From NCBI GenBank assembly GCA_965204155.1, contig OZ241971.1, positions 354,647-418,646 on the forward strand: a stretch of 64,000 nt of DNA, given 5' to 3'. The stretch's first letter is position 1, and each line of letters begins with the position of its first letter. This document shows positions 48,581 to 58,345 of this stretch, one piece after another. The translations under genes and the position numbers were made by a program. The notes under the pieces were generated by a model. The model was not told the origin of the DNA. It worked only from the letters and a program-made list of their open reading frames with translations, and did not search any database. Origin of the DNA: Candidatus Rariloculaceae bacterium. GTDB lineage: Bacteria > Pseudomonadota > Gammaproteobacteria > Steroidobacterales > Rariloculaceae.

Positions 48581-51500
48581 GTATTGCTGTTTCTGTTGTC
48601 CTAAGCGCGACTATAGTGAGAAGTCACTGGACGACATCTGTGATACTTGTGGGATGCGATACGGATTTCCGTTAACAGAGTTTCCAGAGAGTATCCGAGA
48701 TTTCACAATTGAAAAACCGCTTGGCCGAGGGTTCTATGCCGCGACGTATGTTGTGACAAGGGGGGCGCTGGGTGCGAAGTCCGTACTCAAAGTTACTCCA
48801 AGCAGCTTTTTCGAGGAGTTCGAGGAAAAGGATTTCGAGCGCGAGTGTATATTGCATTCTGAGGTCGCAGCGGGCACAGAACATATCGTTGGTATACGTG
48901 ATATGTTTGAGTCTGATGTTCGCTTCGATGCAAAGATAATCCGCTGCAATGTAGCGGAATTGGAGTATGTAGACGGTGATCTACTCGCTACTCACTTCGC
49001 TAGGGACGATGCGATACCTGTGCAAATGATAGCCCAGATAGCTGTTGATCTATTCCGAATTAGGAACGAGCTACAAAATAAAGGAGTGAATCACAATGAC
49101 CTCCATGCCAGCAATATTATTATAGAGAACTTGGGAGCGGACGCAAGACGAGCGGCAGCAATAGACGACACAATAAGGGCGGTGGCCATCGATCTTGGAT
49201 CTATCGCTTCGGAAAGTAGAAGTGATGACGAAACGGAACGGTTCGGAGATTTGCGTTGGATTGCTGAACATATCTCCGTACTTATTTCAAAATTGCTTAG
49301 TGACCCTGACAGTATCTCCGATGTTGAAAGCCGACTAGCAAATGCGCTGCAGATTATTGTGCAGAATATCACTCCTGATTCGGAATATCAGCGAACACCG
49401 GTATCCGAGGACTTCATCTCGCAAATTGAGGATGCATTTTATAGAGTGACGCAGCATTGGCGACCTTGGCGCGAGGCTCTAAACCTGAAGGCATTCGGAG
49501 CATCTTATAACGCTCAAACTATGCAAGCGTGGCACGTACCGCATCTGTTGGTAGATCCTGACGGAGCGTGGTTAAGCGCGATTAGTGCACCAGGACCTCA
49601 AGTAATCACCGGTATGCGTGGATGCGGAAAGACGATGTTCTTGCGTGCCCTACAATTTCATGCCAGAGCAGCTCAGCGGGATGGTGAAAGCAATAGTCAG
49701 ATTCTGAAAAGGTTGAAATCTGATAACTATGTTGGTCTTTTTGTTTCTGCGCAGAGGTTGTTGGATCCCCTTGGTCGGAACGCAGTAACGACTGCAGATC
49801 CGTTTGCACGGCTCGTTGTTGCTTATGGGTTAGAATCCGTGCGAGCAGTTCAGCACCTAAGGGATATAGAGGGTGCAACTGTGTCCGGTTCATGGGTTAA
49901 GTACATTGGGCAGGCAATCGGTCGATGTATCGGGTTGGAGGAGGACTTTACTCAAGTAGCAACGGACTATGATTTGGAACGCAAATTGAGCGAATTGTTG
50001 TTGGCGATGAGTAGAACGGATACCAACCATTGTCTCATGGTCCATCCGAACGTGGCATTTCCAGCACTAGATGAAGCGATTCGTCACTGTTCTCCAATGT
50101 GGCAGTCGGCACAAGTGCTATTCTTGTTGGACGATGTTTCTACACGATATTTAGATCGACCACAAATCGAAGAGCTATTGTCAGCATTGCTATTCCAGAA
50201 CCCAACGTGCTCGTTTAAGTTGACATCGGAGGTGCAAACTATCGAACTTGGCTTGAAGTCGCCAGGACAGATTCACCCTGCTCGAATAGGACGAGATCTT
50301 GCAATTTTCGACTTGGGTGGAGAGGTGTACGAAAAGATTCGTGCCCAGGGAAAGGGGAATGGGCGGGACTTTGTTGAACGAATACTAGAGCAGAGAGCTA
50401 AACACTTCACCGCGCATCCAAGCCATAAGCCGGGAGTGTTACTTGGAGATGTGTCTTTGGAGCAAATTGCGCGAGAAATCGGGCAATCAAAGGAAAGCTC
50501 TAGAGATCGGAAAGGCATATATCGTGGAATAACCGCACTTGCAAGGATGTGTGTCGGTGACATCGGAGATGTAATTAGCCTCTATGAGCAAATTCTGCGT
50601 AAAGCTGTTGGTAAGCCTATGCCGATTGCACAGCATATACAGTCAGAGTGTTTTCAAGACTTTTGCGCTAGGCGACTCTATGATTTGAATCGTCGAGGGG
50701 GGTACCTAAAGGATGTTGCAAAATCCTTCGCAGAAGCTTCGCACGAACTTCTTATGAATTCCTGTAGGGGACAACCGGACAAAGGGAAGAAAATTCGAAT
50801 CCGACAGTATTCGTCATTGTATGTGCGTATAACTACTGGGAACATTGAAGATCAAACGGAGCGATTGAGAGAGTTGATCGATGCGGGAGTATTCGTATTT
50901 GCGGGGGGGAGCCACGTGCCGAGAGCAAAGACACGAGACGCTAACCCTACGCAGCAATTCAAATTGACCTATCGAAAAATCTACGGGCTTGTAAATTTCA
51001 TTGGCCTAGCCGAGCGGGACCGGTTTGAATTGTCCGGTGAGGATCTTGAAGCGTGGCTAGCGCAACCGGAGAATGGGAAAGATGTATTGCTTCGTAACCT
51101 CGGGGGCGATAGCACGGCGCAGAACGCCCCCAAAGTTCCACTTAGCGAGCATAGCGTAGACGCCGGGTCATCAAGTAGTAAAGGGATGGGTGACGCGGAT
51201 CAAATGGTACTGTTCGGGGACAAGCCACGTGTTGGTAAAGGTCTGGGGGGTCCTAACGAAGTATGGGCGCCTGAGGACTATAGGGGATTTATTGCGGCAA
51301 AAAGGCCAAAAATTGGACAAGTGGGGTTATCGGACGAACTGCTTTTGACTGCTGAGACTATAGTTTTAGGGTTGGGTTTCGAAGAACGTGCTCTACATTC
51401 GATTCAACGTCTGTGTAAGGTAACAAATGCCAAACGTGCGGTAGCAATCGAGTATGTAGAGAGAGGACGCAGTAATGAAATTAAACAAGTGTTGGCGAAC

Positions 51501-52268
51501 AGCGGAGTAGATTGCACTATTTTGCAATATAGGAACACAATGGATTCTGGACTTCCGGCGATGGTGGGGCCGGTGGTGGTCGATGTAACGGGATTGTCCA
51601 AGCCGATTTTTTTTCATGCTATTCGAAATGAGTTGAGGCATAAGGGGCAGGTTTTCGTTTGGCACACGGAAGCTGAGCAACACTATCCGTTGGACGTTGA
51701 CCTACAGCAGTTGTTGGTAGCAGATAGTGAAAAAGACTTTCGGCTCTTACTGGAAGAAGCACGAGGCGTTCTAAGCGGTGAAGAGGGGCCTTATGTTGCG
51801 GAGGCTTTACTCCAATCGGACTCCGATGAGACGCGACAACGAGTGTTGTTTGCAGCTTCATCGGCGAAACACGAGAGACTTCTTTCCTTACTTGACCAGA
51901 GGGACTATGACCGCTTGGAGATTGCCATGCCGAAACATGGAACCGCGAGAAGTAGAGTTGCTCAGATTGCAGCTGAGATAGCGGCGAGAAATGCGGAGAA
52001 CGCCCGCGTAGCGGAAATCGGTTCAGACGATTTTGAGGGGGCGCTAAATAAACTGTTTGAGAGTTACCTACTGTGGTATGTGCAGCACGGGTTAAATTTT
52101 GAATTGGGACTGACGGGATCAAAAATGCACGCTGTGGCGTGCGCGGTAGGAAGTGCGACTCTAAAGATTTCTCAATGTTGGTATATTCGTCCTAAGGCAT
52201 TTGATCCAGAACGGTTCACAAAAGGAGTAAGTGACTCTAAATGTTTGAAGATTTCTATGGGCGACTAA
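48573..52268 (+). CDS. Zn-finger / protein kinase / STAND-like (ORC-CDC6-like) NTPase / CARF-like fusion protein
   Basis: GTG after GAGGTG, overlapping upstream stop; CFCC..CDTC; LGRGFYA, VLKV, HNDLHASN, IDLG; GMRGCGKT, LFLLDD; C-terminal GLGFEER..DVTGLSK..LTGSK. Confidence 0.85.
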   Translation: MNKYCCFCCPKRDYSEKSLDDICDTCGMRYGFPLTEFPESIRDFTIEKPLGRGFYAATYVVTRGALGAKSVLKVTPSSFFEEFEEKDFERECILHSEVAAGTEHIVGIRDMFESDVRFDAKIIRCNVAELEYVDGDLLATHFARDDAIPVQMIAQIAVDLFRIRNELQNKGVNHNDLHASNIIIENLGADARRAAAIDDTIRAVAIDLGSIASESRSDDETERFGDLRWIAEHISVLISKLLSDPDSISDVESRLANALQIIVQNITPDSEYQRTPVSEDFISQIEDAFYRVTQHWRPWREALNLKAFGASYNAQTMQAWHVPHLLVDPDGAWLSAISAPGPQVITGMRGCGKTMFLRALQFHARAAQRDGESNSQILKRLKSDNYVGLFVSAQRLLDPLGRNAVTTADPFARLVVAYGLESVRAVQHLRDIEGATVSGSWVKYIGQAIGRCIGLEEDFTQVATDYDLERKLSELLLAMSRTDTNHCLMVHPNVAFPALDEAIRHCSPMWQSAQVLFLLDDVSTRYLDRPQIEELLSALLFQNPTCSFKLTSEVQTIELGLKSPGQIHPARIGRDLAIFDLGGEVYEKIRAQGKGNGRDFVERILEQRAKHFTAHPSHKPGVLLGDVSLEQIAREIGQSKESSRDRKGIYRGITALARMCVGDIGDVISLYEQILRKAVGKPMPIAQHIQSECFQDFCARRLYDLNRRGGYLKDVAKSFAEASHELLMNSCRGQPDKGKKIRIRQYSSLYVRITTGNIEDQTERLRELIDAGVFVFAGGSHVPRAKTRDANPTQQFKLTYRKIYGLVNFIGLAERDRFELSGEDLEAWLAQPENGKDVLLRNLGGDSTAQNAPKVPLSEHSVDAGSSSSKGMGDADQMVLFGDKPRVGKGLGGPNEVWAPEDYRGFIAAKRPKIGQVGLSDELLLTAETIVLGLGFEERALHSIQRLCKVTNAKRAVAIEYVERGRSNEIKQVLANSGVDCTILQYRNTMDSGLPAMVGPVVVDVTGLSKPIFFHAIRNELRHKGQVFVWHTEAEQHYPLDVDLQQLLVADSEKDFRLLLEEARGVLSGEEGPYVAEALLQSDSDETRQRVLFAASSAKHERLLSLLDQRDYDRLEIAMPKHGTARSRVAQIAAEIAARNAENARVAEIGSDDFEGALNKLFESYLLWYVQHGLNFELGLTGSKMHAVACAVGSATLKISQCWYIRPKAFDPERFTKGVSDSKCLKISMGD

Positions 52269-52346
52269 TTTTCGGAAAATGATAACCAAGCGAAAGTTGC
52301 GTGCGAGAAAATGTTGTATTGAGCCGACCCGGGTATGCCGAGACTC

Positions 52347-52750
52347 GATCCTGCAAAAAATCTTGTGTTGAGGCGATCTTCATCGTTTAAACCGTCAGCA
52401 CAAATCGGTCACCGAACTGGATCGCGAACTGCGCCTTGGCAGCATGCCATTCCCTGGGTGGGTTTTTCCACATTGCCGTGATATTCCTCAGAGCCAGGTA
52501 GATCAGCTTTGTGGCCGCCTCGTCGCTGGGGAAATGCCCCTTGTGCCGGATCGCCCTGCGGACCGGGCTGTGCAGGCTCTCGATGGCGTTGGTGGTGTAC
52601 AAGATTTTCCGCACCTCCGGAGAGAAGGCGAAAAACGGGATCACCTCCTCCTAGCGCCGGCGCCAACTGTGCACCCCGGCGGCGAAGCGTTCCCCGTAGG
52701 GGCTGGCGTCGAACCGATCCAGCTCTGCCGCCGCGGCCTTGGCCGAGGCC
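52347..52750 (-). mobile_element. IS256-family transposase remnant (3' part and degenerate end)
   Basis: IPFFAFSPEVRKILYTTNAIESL...GHFPSDEAATKLIYLAL; in-frame stop upstream; end-like gatcctgcaaaaaatcttgtgttgaggcg. Confidence 0.85.
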
Positions 52751-52759
52751 GTGGTCCGC

Positions 52760-53280
52760 GACACGCGGGATCCTTCGTCCTGGCTCAGTGGGCGTAATAT
52801 GTTGATGGGGGGATCGGTAGCACGGCGCAGACCTGCTCGACCCCAAAACGCTTTCGGGACTCCTTGATGTAACTCACCATCATCGGCGTCGGAGGCCGAG
52901 CTCCGCGTGGGCAAAATACGCCGAGGCCGTGCGCAGGATCTCGTTAGCTCTGCGAAGCTCACGGTTCTCCCGCTCCAGCTCCTTGAGCCGCTCATGCTCA
53001 GTCGTACCCAGACCAGCGCGTCGACCGCGATCCGTCTCCGCTTGTCGCACCCAATCGAGACCATGGCCGACCACTGCGAGGGATACTCCCTTTCATGCTC
53101 GAACATCATCCGAACCGCCCGGTCTCGTACTTTCGGGGAATACCTCGTTCCTCTGTCGATTGCTCCATCCTTTCATGGAACAGCCTGCGCGCAGCCAATC
53201 TGTTCCCGTCGCGATAGCGCGACGCTAGGGTCGTGGTCCGCTCTCAAATGTCGGAGCCTCCGGAAAGGTAGGGGAGGTCG
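52760..53280 (-). mobile_element. IS3-family remnant
   Basis: [20 protein letters not shown]...[23 protein letters not shown] in broken frames; left-end-like ctctcaaatgtcggagcctccggaaa near 53241-53266. Confidence 0.85.
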
Positions 53281-53333
53281 GTCTAGGTGTTGGAACGGAG
53301 CGTGCCCGGAATCATAGCTATGGGCGTTGTAAG

Positions 53334-53362
53334 TATGGTCAACTCATGTTAAATATGGTCAA
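53334..53362 (+). promoter_or_regulatory. Direct repeat TATGGTCAA x2, 20-bp period (candidate operator)
   Basis: 53334-53342 and 53354-53362, just upstream of the HTH gene. Confidence 0.45.
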
Positions 53363-53383
53363 ATCCGTGCTTGGATGCGGTCG

Positions 53384-53581
53384 ATGCCAAAGAGAATCGG
53401 TAACAAGGAGTTCTACTCGACCGTAGAAGCAGCGACGGCGGCGGGAATATCTAAGGCGACGTTGCTGCGGTGGCTCAAGAATGGTGATGTGCGAGAACCG
53501 AAACGAGACCGACGAGGTTGGCGGATATTTTCGGAAGTCGAGGTGAATGAGATTCAAGCATGGGCACACAGGACGAGTTAG
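53384..53581 (+). CDS. MerR-like HTH protein (candidate RM controller)
   Basis: YSTVEAATAAGISKATLLRW..G...PKRDRRGWRIFS; overlaps the MTase start. Confidence 0.8.
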   Translation: MPKRIGNKEFYSTVEAATAAGISKATLLRWLKNGDVREPKRDRRGWRIFSEVEVNEIQAWAHRTS

Positions 53582-54843
53582 TCCAGTCGCTACCAAAACG
53601 TACGCGAAGAGGTAGACGGCGAAAACCGAAGTTCCTTGCAGTGGACTTCTATTGCGGCGCTGGGGGGACGACTAGAGGGTTGATCGACGCGGGCGGCTAC
53701 GTCATAGCGGGCTTGGACAAACAGGATTCTTGTAGACGAACGTACGTGGCCAATAATGGCAACGAGTACGGAGATCGATCCTACCCCGCTTTTCTTGCAT
53801 TGGATCTGTTTCCCGCGTCGGATAAGCATCCAGGCGGACAACAAGACGATGCACTTTCCGGACTTGGCCCGATGATTGAGGAGCACAGGAAGCGCTATCC
53901 GGACATTCCTCTGATGTTCGCGATATGCGCACCATGTCAACCGTTCACGAAGCTAAGCAAAGCCAAGCTTCGAGATGAGCGAACTGCGGCGCGGTTGCGT
54001 GATCGAAGTTTGCTCGCTCACACGTGTCGGTTCATTGAGAGATTCGATCCTGACATTCTCCTATCCGAGAACGTAGCTGGCATTACTGATCCGCGCTACG
54101 GCGGAATATGGGATGATTTTGGTACTCGCCTAAGGCGGCTAAACTATACTGTGTCTTCAGTGCGCGTATGCGCCTCGCGACTCGGTATCCCACAGTTCCG
54201 AAGACGATCCATTATTGGTGCCATTCGCTCGGCCAATGTATGTGGTGATGGTATTGAACTTCCGGTACAAGACGATTCTGCAGGCGTCCGAACGGCTGGC
54301 GCTGCGCTCAACGGGTTGCCGCCGCTGGAAGCTGGCGGACGCGATCCGAACATACAAAACCATGTAGCCAGAAATCTCAGCGAGTTGAACAGAAAAAGAA
54401 TCTCGTTTGCCAAGCCGGGGGCATCGAATAGCTACCTCAGATCGACGCCTGAGGGTGACCTCTCGCTCGCTTGCCATCGCCGGGTGAAAGAGAAGCTTAA
54501 AGTCAACTGCTTTACAGACGTTTATACGCGCATGTCGCCCGACAGGCCGTCACCCACCATTACGACGAGGTGCCATAGTATTACGAACGGGCGCTTCGGG
54601 CATCCGGACGTAACACAGCTCCGCGGAATTTCGATGAGGGAAGCCGCGAGGCTGCAATCGTTTTCCGACAACTATGTGTTCTATCCGAGTAATCAGCTTG
54701 AGCCGATCGCAAAGATGATCGGCAATGCTGTGCCGCCAAAAATGGCGTGGTTCTACGCTCGCAGTCTTTTGTCCTCTTTCGAGAGTTCGAATGTCTCAGG
54801 CGTCGAGGAGAGAGTACCTGTGACAAGTAGAAGAGAGGACTAA
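53560..54843 (+). CDS. DNA (cytosine-5)-methyltransferase
   Basis: Motif I DFYCGAGG, IV PCQPF, VI ENV, VIII PQFRRR, IX REAARLQSF, X IGNAVPP. Confidence 0.95.
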   Translation: MGTQDELVQSLPKRTRRGRRRKPKFLAVDFYCGAGGTTRGLIDAGGYVIAGLDKQDSCRRTYVANNGNEYGDRSYPAFLALDLFPASDKHPGGQQDDALSGLGPMIEEHRKRYPDIPLMFAICAPCQPFTKLSKAKLRDERTAARLRDRSLLAHTCRFIERFDPDILLSENVAGITDPRYGGIWDDFGTRLRRLNYTVSSVRVCASRLGIPQFRRRSIIGAIRSANVCGDGIELPVQDDSAGVRTAGAALNGLPPLEAGGRDPNIQNHVARNLSELNRKRISFAKPGASNSYLRSTPEGDLSLACHRRVKEKLKVNCFTDVYTRMSPDRPSPTITTRCHSITNGRFGHPDVTQLRGISMREAARLQSFSDNYVFYPSNQLEPIAKMIGNAVPPKMAWFYARSLLSSFESSNVSGVEERVPVTSRRED

Positions 54844-54845
54844 GT

Positions 54846-56882
54846 TTGCCCATTGAAGATGAAAGGGTGGCCGGTAGAGACGATCATATGGTCACCGAAG
54901 GAGGTCCGCAGACCAGTGAAGAGAGTGAGGAGAAGCTTTATCTTCGATTCCATGGCCGGATCATTGATTCCCTCGGTATTCAGATGTATCAGAGTCCAGT
55001 TGCCGCGGTGGCTGAACTGATCGCGAACGCCTGGGATGCAGATGCTTCTCGGGTCAAGGTGCAGTTACCGTCGAGCCTTAGCGGCGAGCCTGTGATCGCT
55101 GTTGAAGACAATGGTATTGGCATGACGTTCGAGGAGTGTCAGAAACGGTACCTCAATGTTGGACGAAACCGGCGGAATGATGACGATGGTGACACGAGTC
55201 CAGGCGGACGACCTGTGCTGGGGCGAAAGGGCATTGGCAAGTTCGCTGGTTTTGGGATTGCCGAACTACTTGAGATAGATACTACTAGCTCCAAGACAGG
55301 AGAACGCACCGTCTTCAGGTTAGACCTTCAGGACCTACGCAGCGATGAGTACGTCGGCACGGCGGAAAAAGAAGTGCCCATCGTAAGTAAGGAAGCTGCA
55401 TCGGAGTCCCGAAAGACGCGTAAGGGAACCCGAGTTATCTTGCGGCGGCTAAAGTTGGCAAGGACGCCTAGCAAAGACGTATTCCGCAGATCGATGGCTC
55501 GTAGATTTCTCATCAATCAAGTGGCGGACCAATTCGAGGTACTTATCAACGGCGAGGGCGTTCCCGACGATAATGCCCTAGCTAAGGTGGAGTTCGACTT
55601 TCCTACGGATTACAAGGAGAAGGAGCTACCTGAGGGCATTAACATCAAGGACAGGGTCGGTCACGAAAACGTAGGAGAGGATACCATCGCGTGGCGAGTG
55701 AGATTTACGAAGGAGCCTATCGACACAGAGGAGCTGCGTGGCGTGTCGGTGTTTTGCGGCATCAAGCTGGCGCAAACACCATTCTTTTTCAATCTATCCG
55801 GAGGGTTGTCGGGTCAACATGGGCAACAGTATATGTCTGGGCAAGTACAAGCCGACTATCTGGACAGGCTGATGGCAGACGTCATAACGACTGAGAGGCA
55901 GCGCATCAACTGGGAGCTTGAGGCTTGTAAACCACTAGAAGACTGGGGAAAGGATAGGGTCAAGTCACTCTTGAAAATTTGGAAGGCACGGCGTGCGGAG
56001 GAAAAACTTCGCCTGATCGACGAGAAGGTCGCCCCGTTTTCCCATCGGCTGGAAAAGCTAAAGGGTACTGAGAAACGTACGGTTCACAGCGCCCTACGGA
56101 AAGTCGCCGCGATCGAAGCCCTATCCGACGATCAATTCGCGGACTTGTCGAGCGGTATTCTCACGGCTTGGGAAGGAGGTCGGTTGCGCGAGCTGATCGA
56201 AGACGTTTCGAACGTCGACGATATGGACGAGTCGAGACTGTTGTCACTACTCGCCGAAGCACAAGTACTAAACGCTCTCCATGTGGCAGAAGCCGTTAAG
56301 GCGAAGGTCGACATAATTGAAGGGCTACGTCGCAGGATCGACAATAGGGATCTCGAAAACGCAGTTCGCGATTACATTGCGGACAACCCGTGGCTGCTCT
56401 CGCCACACTGGGAAACGTTCAAGGTGGAGACGTCCGTTAAGCACGTTCTAAAGGAAGCGGCAGAGTCGGCTAATTTGCACGCGGACGACGAGCAAGACAG
56501 AAAACGAATCGATCTCGCGCTGTCCTCTGGTAACCAACTGCTCGTTGTTGAGTTTATGCGTCCAGGATTGACCGTAGATCGCGAGCACATTAACCGGTAC
56601 CAGCAATATGTGGATATTCTGAGAAGCAGAATACGAAACAACACCGCTTATCGGTTCGACGATGTACCGGGGTTGCTGGTCGCAGACAGTCTCAATCGGA
56701 AGCCAGACATGGAGGGTGCGCTATCTCGGCTGGCTCAGGACGGCATGGAGGCGATGGAGTGGAATGGTCTGCTGGAAAGGGCGCGCGCGCAGTGGAAGGA
56801 ATTCCTGGACTTGCTCGTCGAAAGGGCCCCCGAAGACGATCGCTTGGCTGAATTGCGCTCCAACGCGGACGGAGGAGGGTAA
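54846..56882 (+). CDS. MORC/GHKL ATPase with C-terminal PD-(D/E)xK-like nuclease (candidate restriction component)
   Basis: ELIANAWDADA, EDNGIGM, GRKGIGK, GTRV; C-terminal NPWLL, RIDLAL..VVEFMRP. Confidence 0.85.
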   Translation: MPIEDERVAGRDDHMVTEGGPQTSEESEEKLYLRFHGRIIDSLGIQMYQSPVAAVAELIANAWDADASRVKVQLPSSLSGEPVIAVEDNGIGMTFEECQKRYLNVGRNRRNDDDGDTSPGGRPVLGRKGIGKFAGFGIAELLEIDTTSSKTGERTVFRLDLQDLRSDEYVGTAEKEVPIVSKEAASESRKTRKGTRVILRRLKLARTPSKDVFRRSMARRFLINQVADQFEVLINGEGVPDDNALAKVEFDFPTDYKEKELPEGINIKDRVGHENVGEDTIAWRVRFTKEPIDTEELRGVSVFCGIKLAQTPFFFNLSGGLSGQHGQQYMSGQVQADYLDRLMADVITTERQRINWELEACKPLEDWGKDRVKSLLKIWKARRAEEKLRLIDEKVAPFSHRLEKLKGTEKRTVHSALRKVAAIEALSDDQFADLSSGILTAWEGGRLRELIEDVSNVDDMDESRLLSLLAEAQVLNALHVAEAVKAKVDIIEGLRRRIDNRDLENAVRDYIADNPWLLSPHWETFKVETSVKHVLKEAAESANLHADDEQDRKRIDLALSSGNQLLVVEFMRPGLTVDREHINRYQQYVDILRSRIRNNTAYRFDDVPGLLVADSLNRKPDMEGALSRLAQDGMEAMEWNGLLERARAQWKEFLDLLVERAPEDDRLAELRSNADGGG

Positions 56883-56946
56883 AGCGACCAAACTCGCTCG
56901 ACAACACAGGCTTGGGCTCGCATTGGCCAGCCATAATGTTGGGACA

Positions 56947-57363
56947 CTATGGTGGCGTGCCATCCAAGAATTCGATCAATCGTTGCGCGAGGGCGTCACG
57001 GTCGTGAATCTGACATTGCCAAACGACGCAAATCTCCCAACCCATTTGCTTCAGTTCGGCGACTGCCTTGGCGTCTCTGCTCTTGTTTGTACTGATCTTC
57101 TTGGTCCAATATTCCACATTCGAATCGGGAATTCGCCCGCGCCGACATGCATGCCCGTGCCAAAAACAACCATGCACGAAAATAACCTTTTGACGTCCGG
57201 GAAACACTAGATCGGGGCAACCCGGCAAGTTTCGAACGTGAAGCCGATACCTGAAGCCTTTGGCATGTAGCAATCGGCGTACGGACATCTCCGGTGCAGT
57301 GTCCTTTTGACGTACCGCGGCCATTATGCGTGACCTGGTTGCTTGGCTGACGTGATCCGCCAA
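56947..57363 (-). CDS. vsr: Very-short-patch repair endonuclease
   Basis: RSRIMAAVRQKDTAPE, LPGCPDLVF, FVHGCFWHGH, VVWQC. Confidence 0.95.
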   Translation of the reverse strand: MADHVSQATRSRIMAAVRQKDTAPEMSVRRLLHAKGFRYRLHVRNLPGCPDLVFPGRQKVIFVHGCFWHGHACRRGRIPDSNVEYWTKKISTNKSRDAKAVAELKQMGWEICVVWQCQIHDRDALAQRLIEFLDGTPP

Positions 57364-57502
57364 AACGTGAACTCACATCCGTGCGCGAAAGCACTGCTTT
57401 CCGCACGTCACGCTGTAGACCTCGTCCTGGGCGCCCGATGCGCTTTAGTCTGCATGGCGACCCTTACAGGACCCAGCACACAGACATCCCAATAGGGCCT
57501 TC

Positions 57503-58246
57503 TCAGGAGCTTGCCGCTAGATTCCATGCAACCTCACACGCGAGAAATTCGGCCACGATTATTCGAATTACGATACCACCAGTATCGTCAATAGCGAGAT
57601 AACGGTATCGGTCGTGCTGAACCTCGACCCAATCGTTCACAATCAGTCCCAGTTGGCATTGGTCGCCCGAGTCTGATTGCAGAGTAGCTTGCGCAACGAA
57701 CAGACGTTGGCTTCCCCGAGAACCTACCTCGCCGAGCGCATTCTGGACGTGTGCGGCATCAAATGCGTCGCGTACATCAGTCGGGAGGTCTTCTAACTGC
57801 CCACACCAGAAGTGATCCGGTTCTGCCCGACAGGGCTGGCTTAGTTCGAAGACTGTATGGCCTCGTGCGAGCTTTAGCATTATGTTCGCAACTCGATGGC
57901 GTTCAACAGCAAACTGTACTTTACCGTTGGTCTCAGATTTGGCCTTCTCGAGTCTGGCTCTTAGCGCCGGAGTGTTTTGAAGGATGCGTGCGACGGAAGT
58001 CCGTTTGACTTTGTTTGGATCCGTAGAACCACATTGCGCCGATTCGAGCAAGCACACAAGATATTGCTCATCCTTCGAGAATCCTCTATTGCATTTCGCG
58101 CAAGAACTCACCACCGGCAAGTTCTCCGGATAAGGCCGATCCAACATGCAACGGGAGGGAACATGCTCACGTGTGTCGGCCGGGCCGCCACAATAGATGC
58201 AGCCGCTTAGTAGCCGCTCGTCGGCGTAGTCGCGTTTTTGGTCCAT
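57503..58246 (-). CDS. HNH-type endonuclease domain protein
   Basis: CIYCG..DTREHVP...SCAKCN. Confidence 0.85.
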   Translation of the reverse strand: MDQKRDYADERLLSGCIYCGGPADTREHVPSRCMLDRPYPENLPVVSSCAKCNRGFSKDEQYLVCLLESAQCGSTDPNKVKRTSVARILQNTPALRARLEKAKSETNGKVQFAVERHRVANIMLKLARGHTVFELSQPCRAEPDHFWCGQLEDLPTDVRDAFDAAHVQNALGEVGSRGSQRLFVAQATLQSDSGDQCQLGLIVNDWVEVQHDRYRYLAIDDTGGIVIRIIVAEFLACEVAWNLAASS

Positions 58247-58345
58247 GTGTTTTGCATTTGTGAGGAGGCAGTACGCTGATGGGCAAGTTGCTAAGTTACT
58301 CTACGGCCCTACGCTCATTAGTTTCGATGCTCTTCTGCAAGCAAA

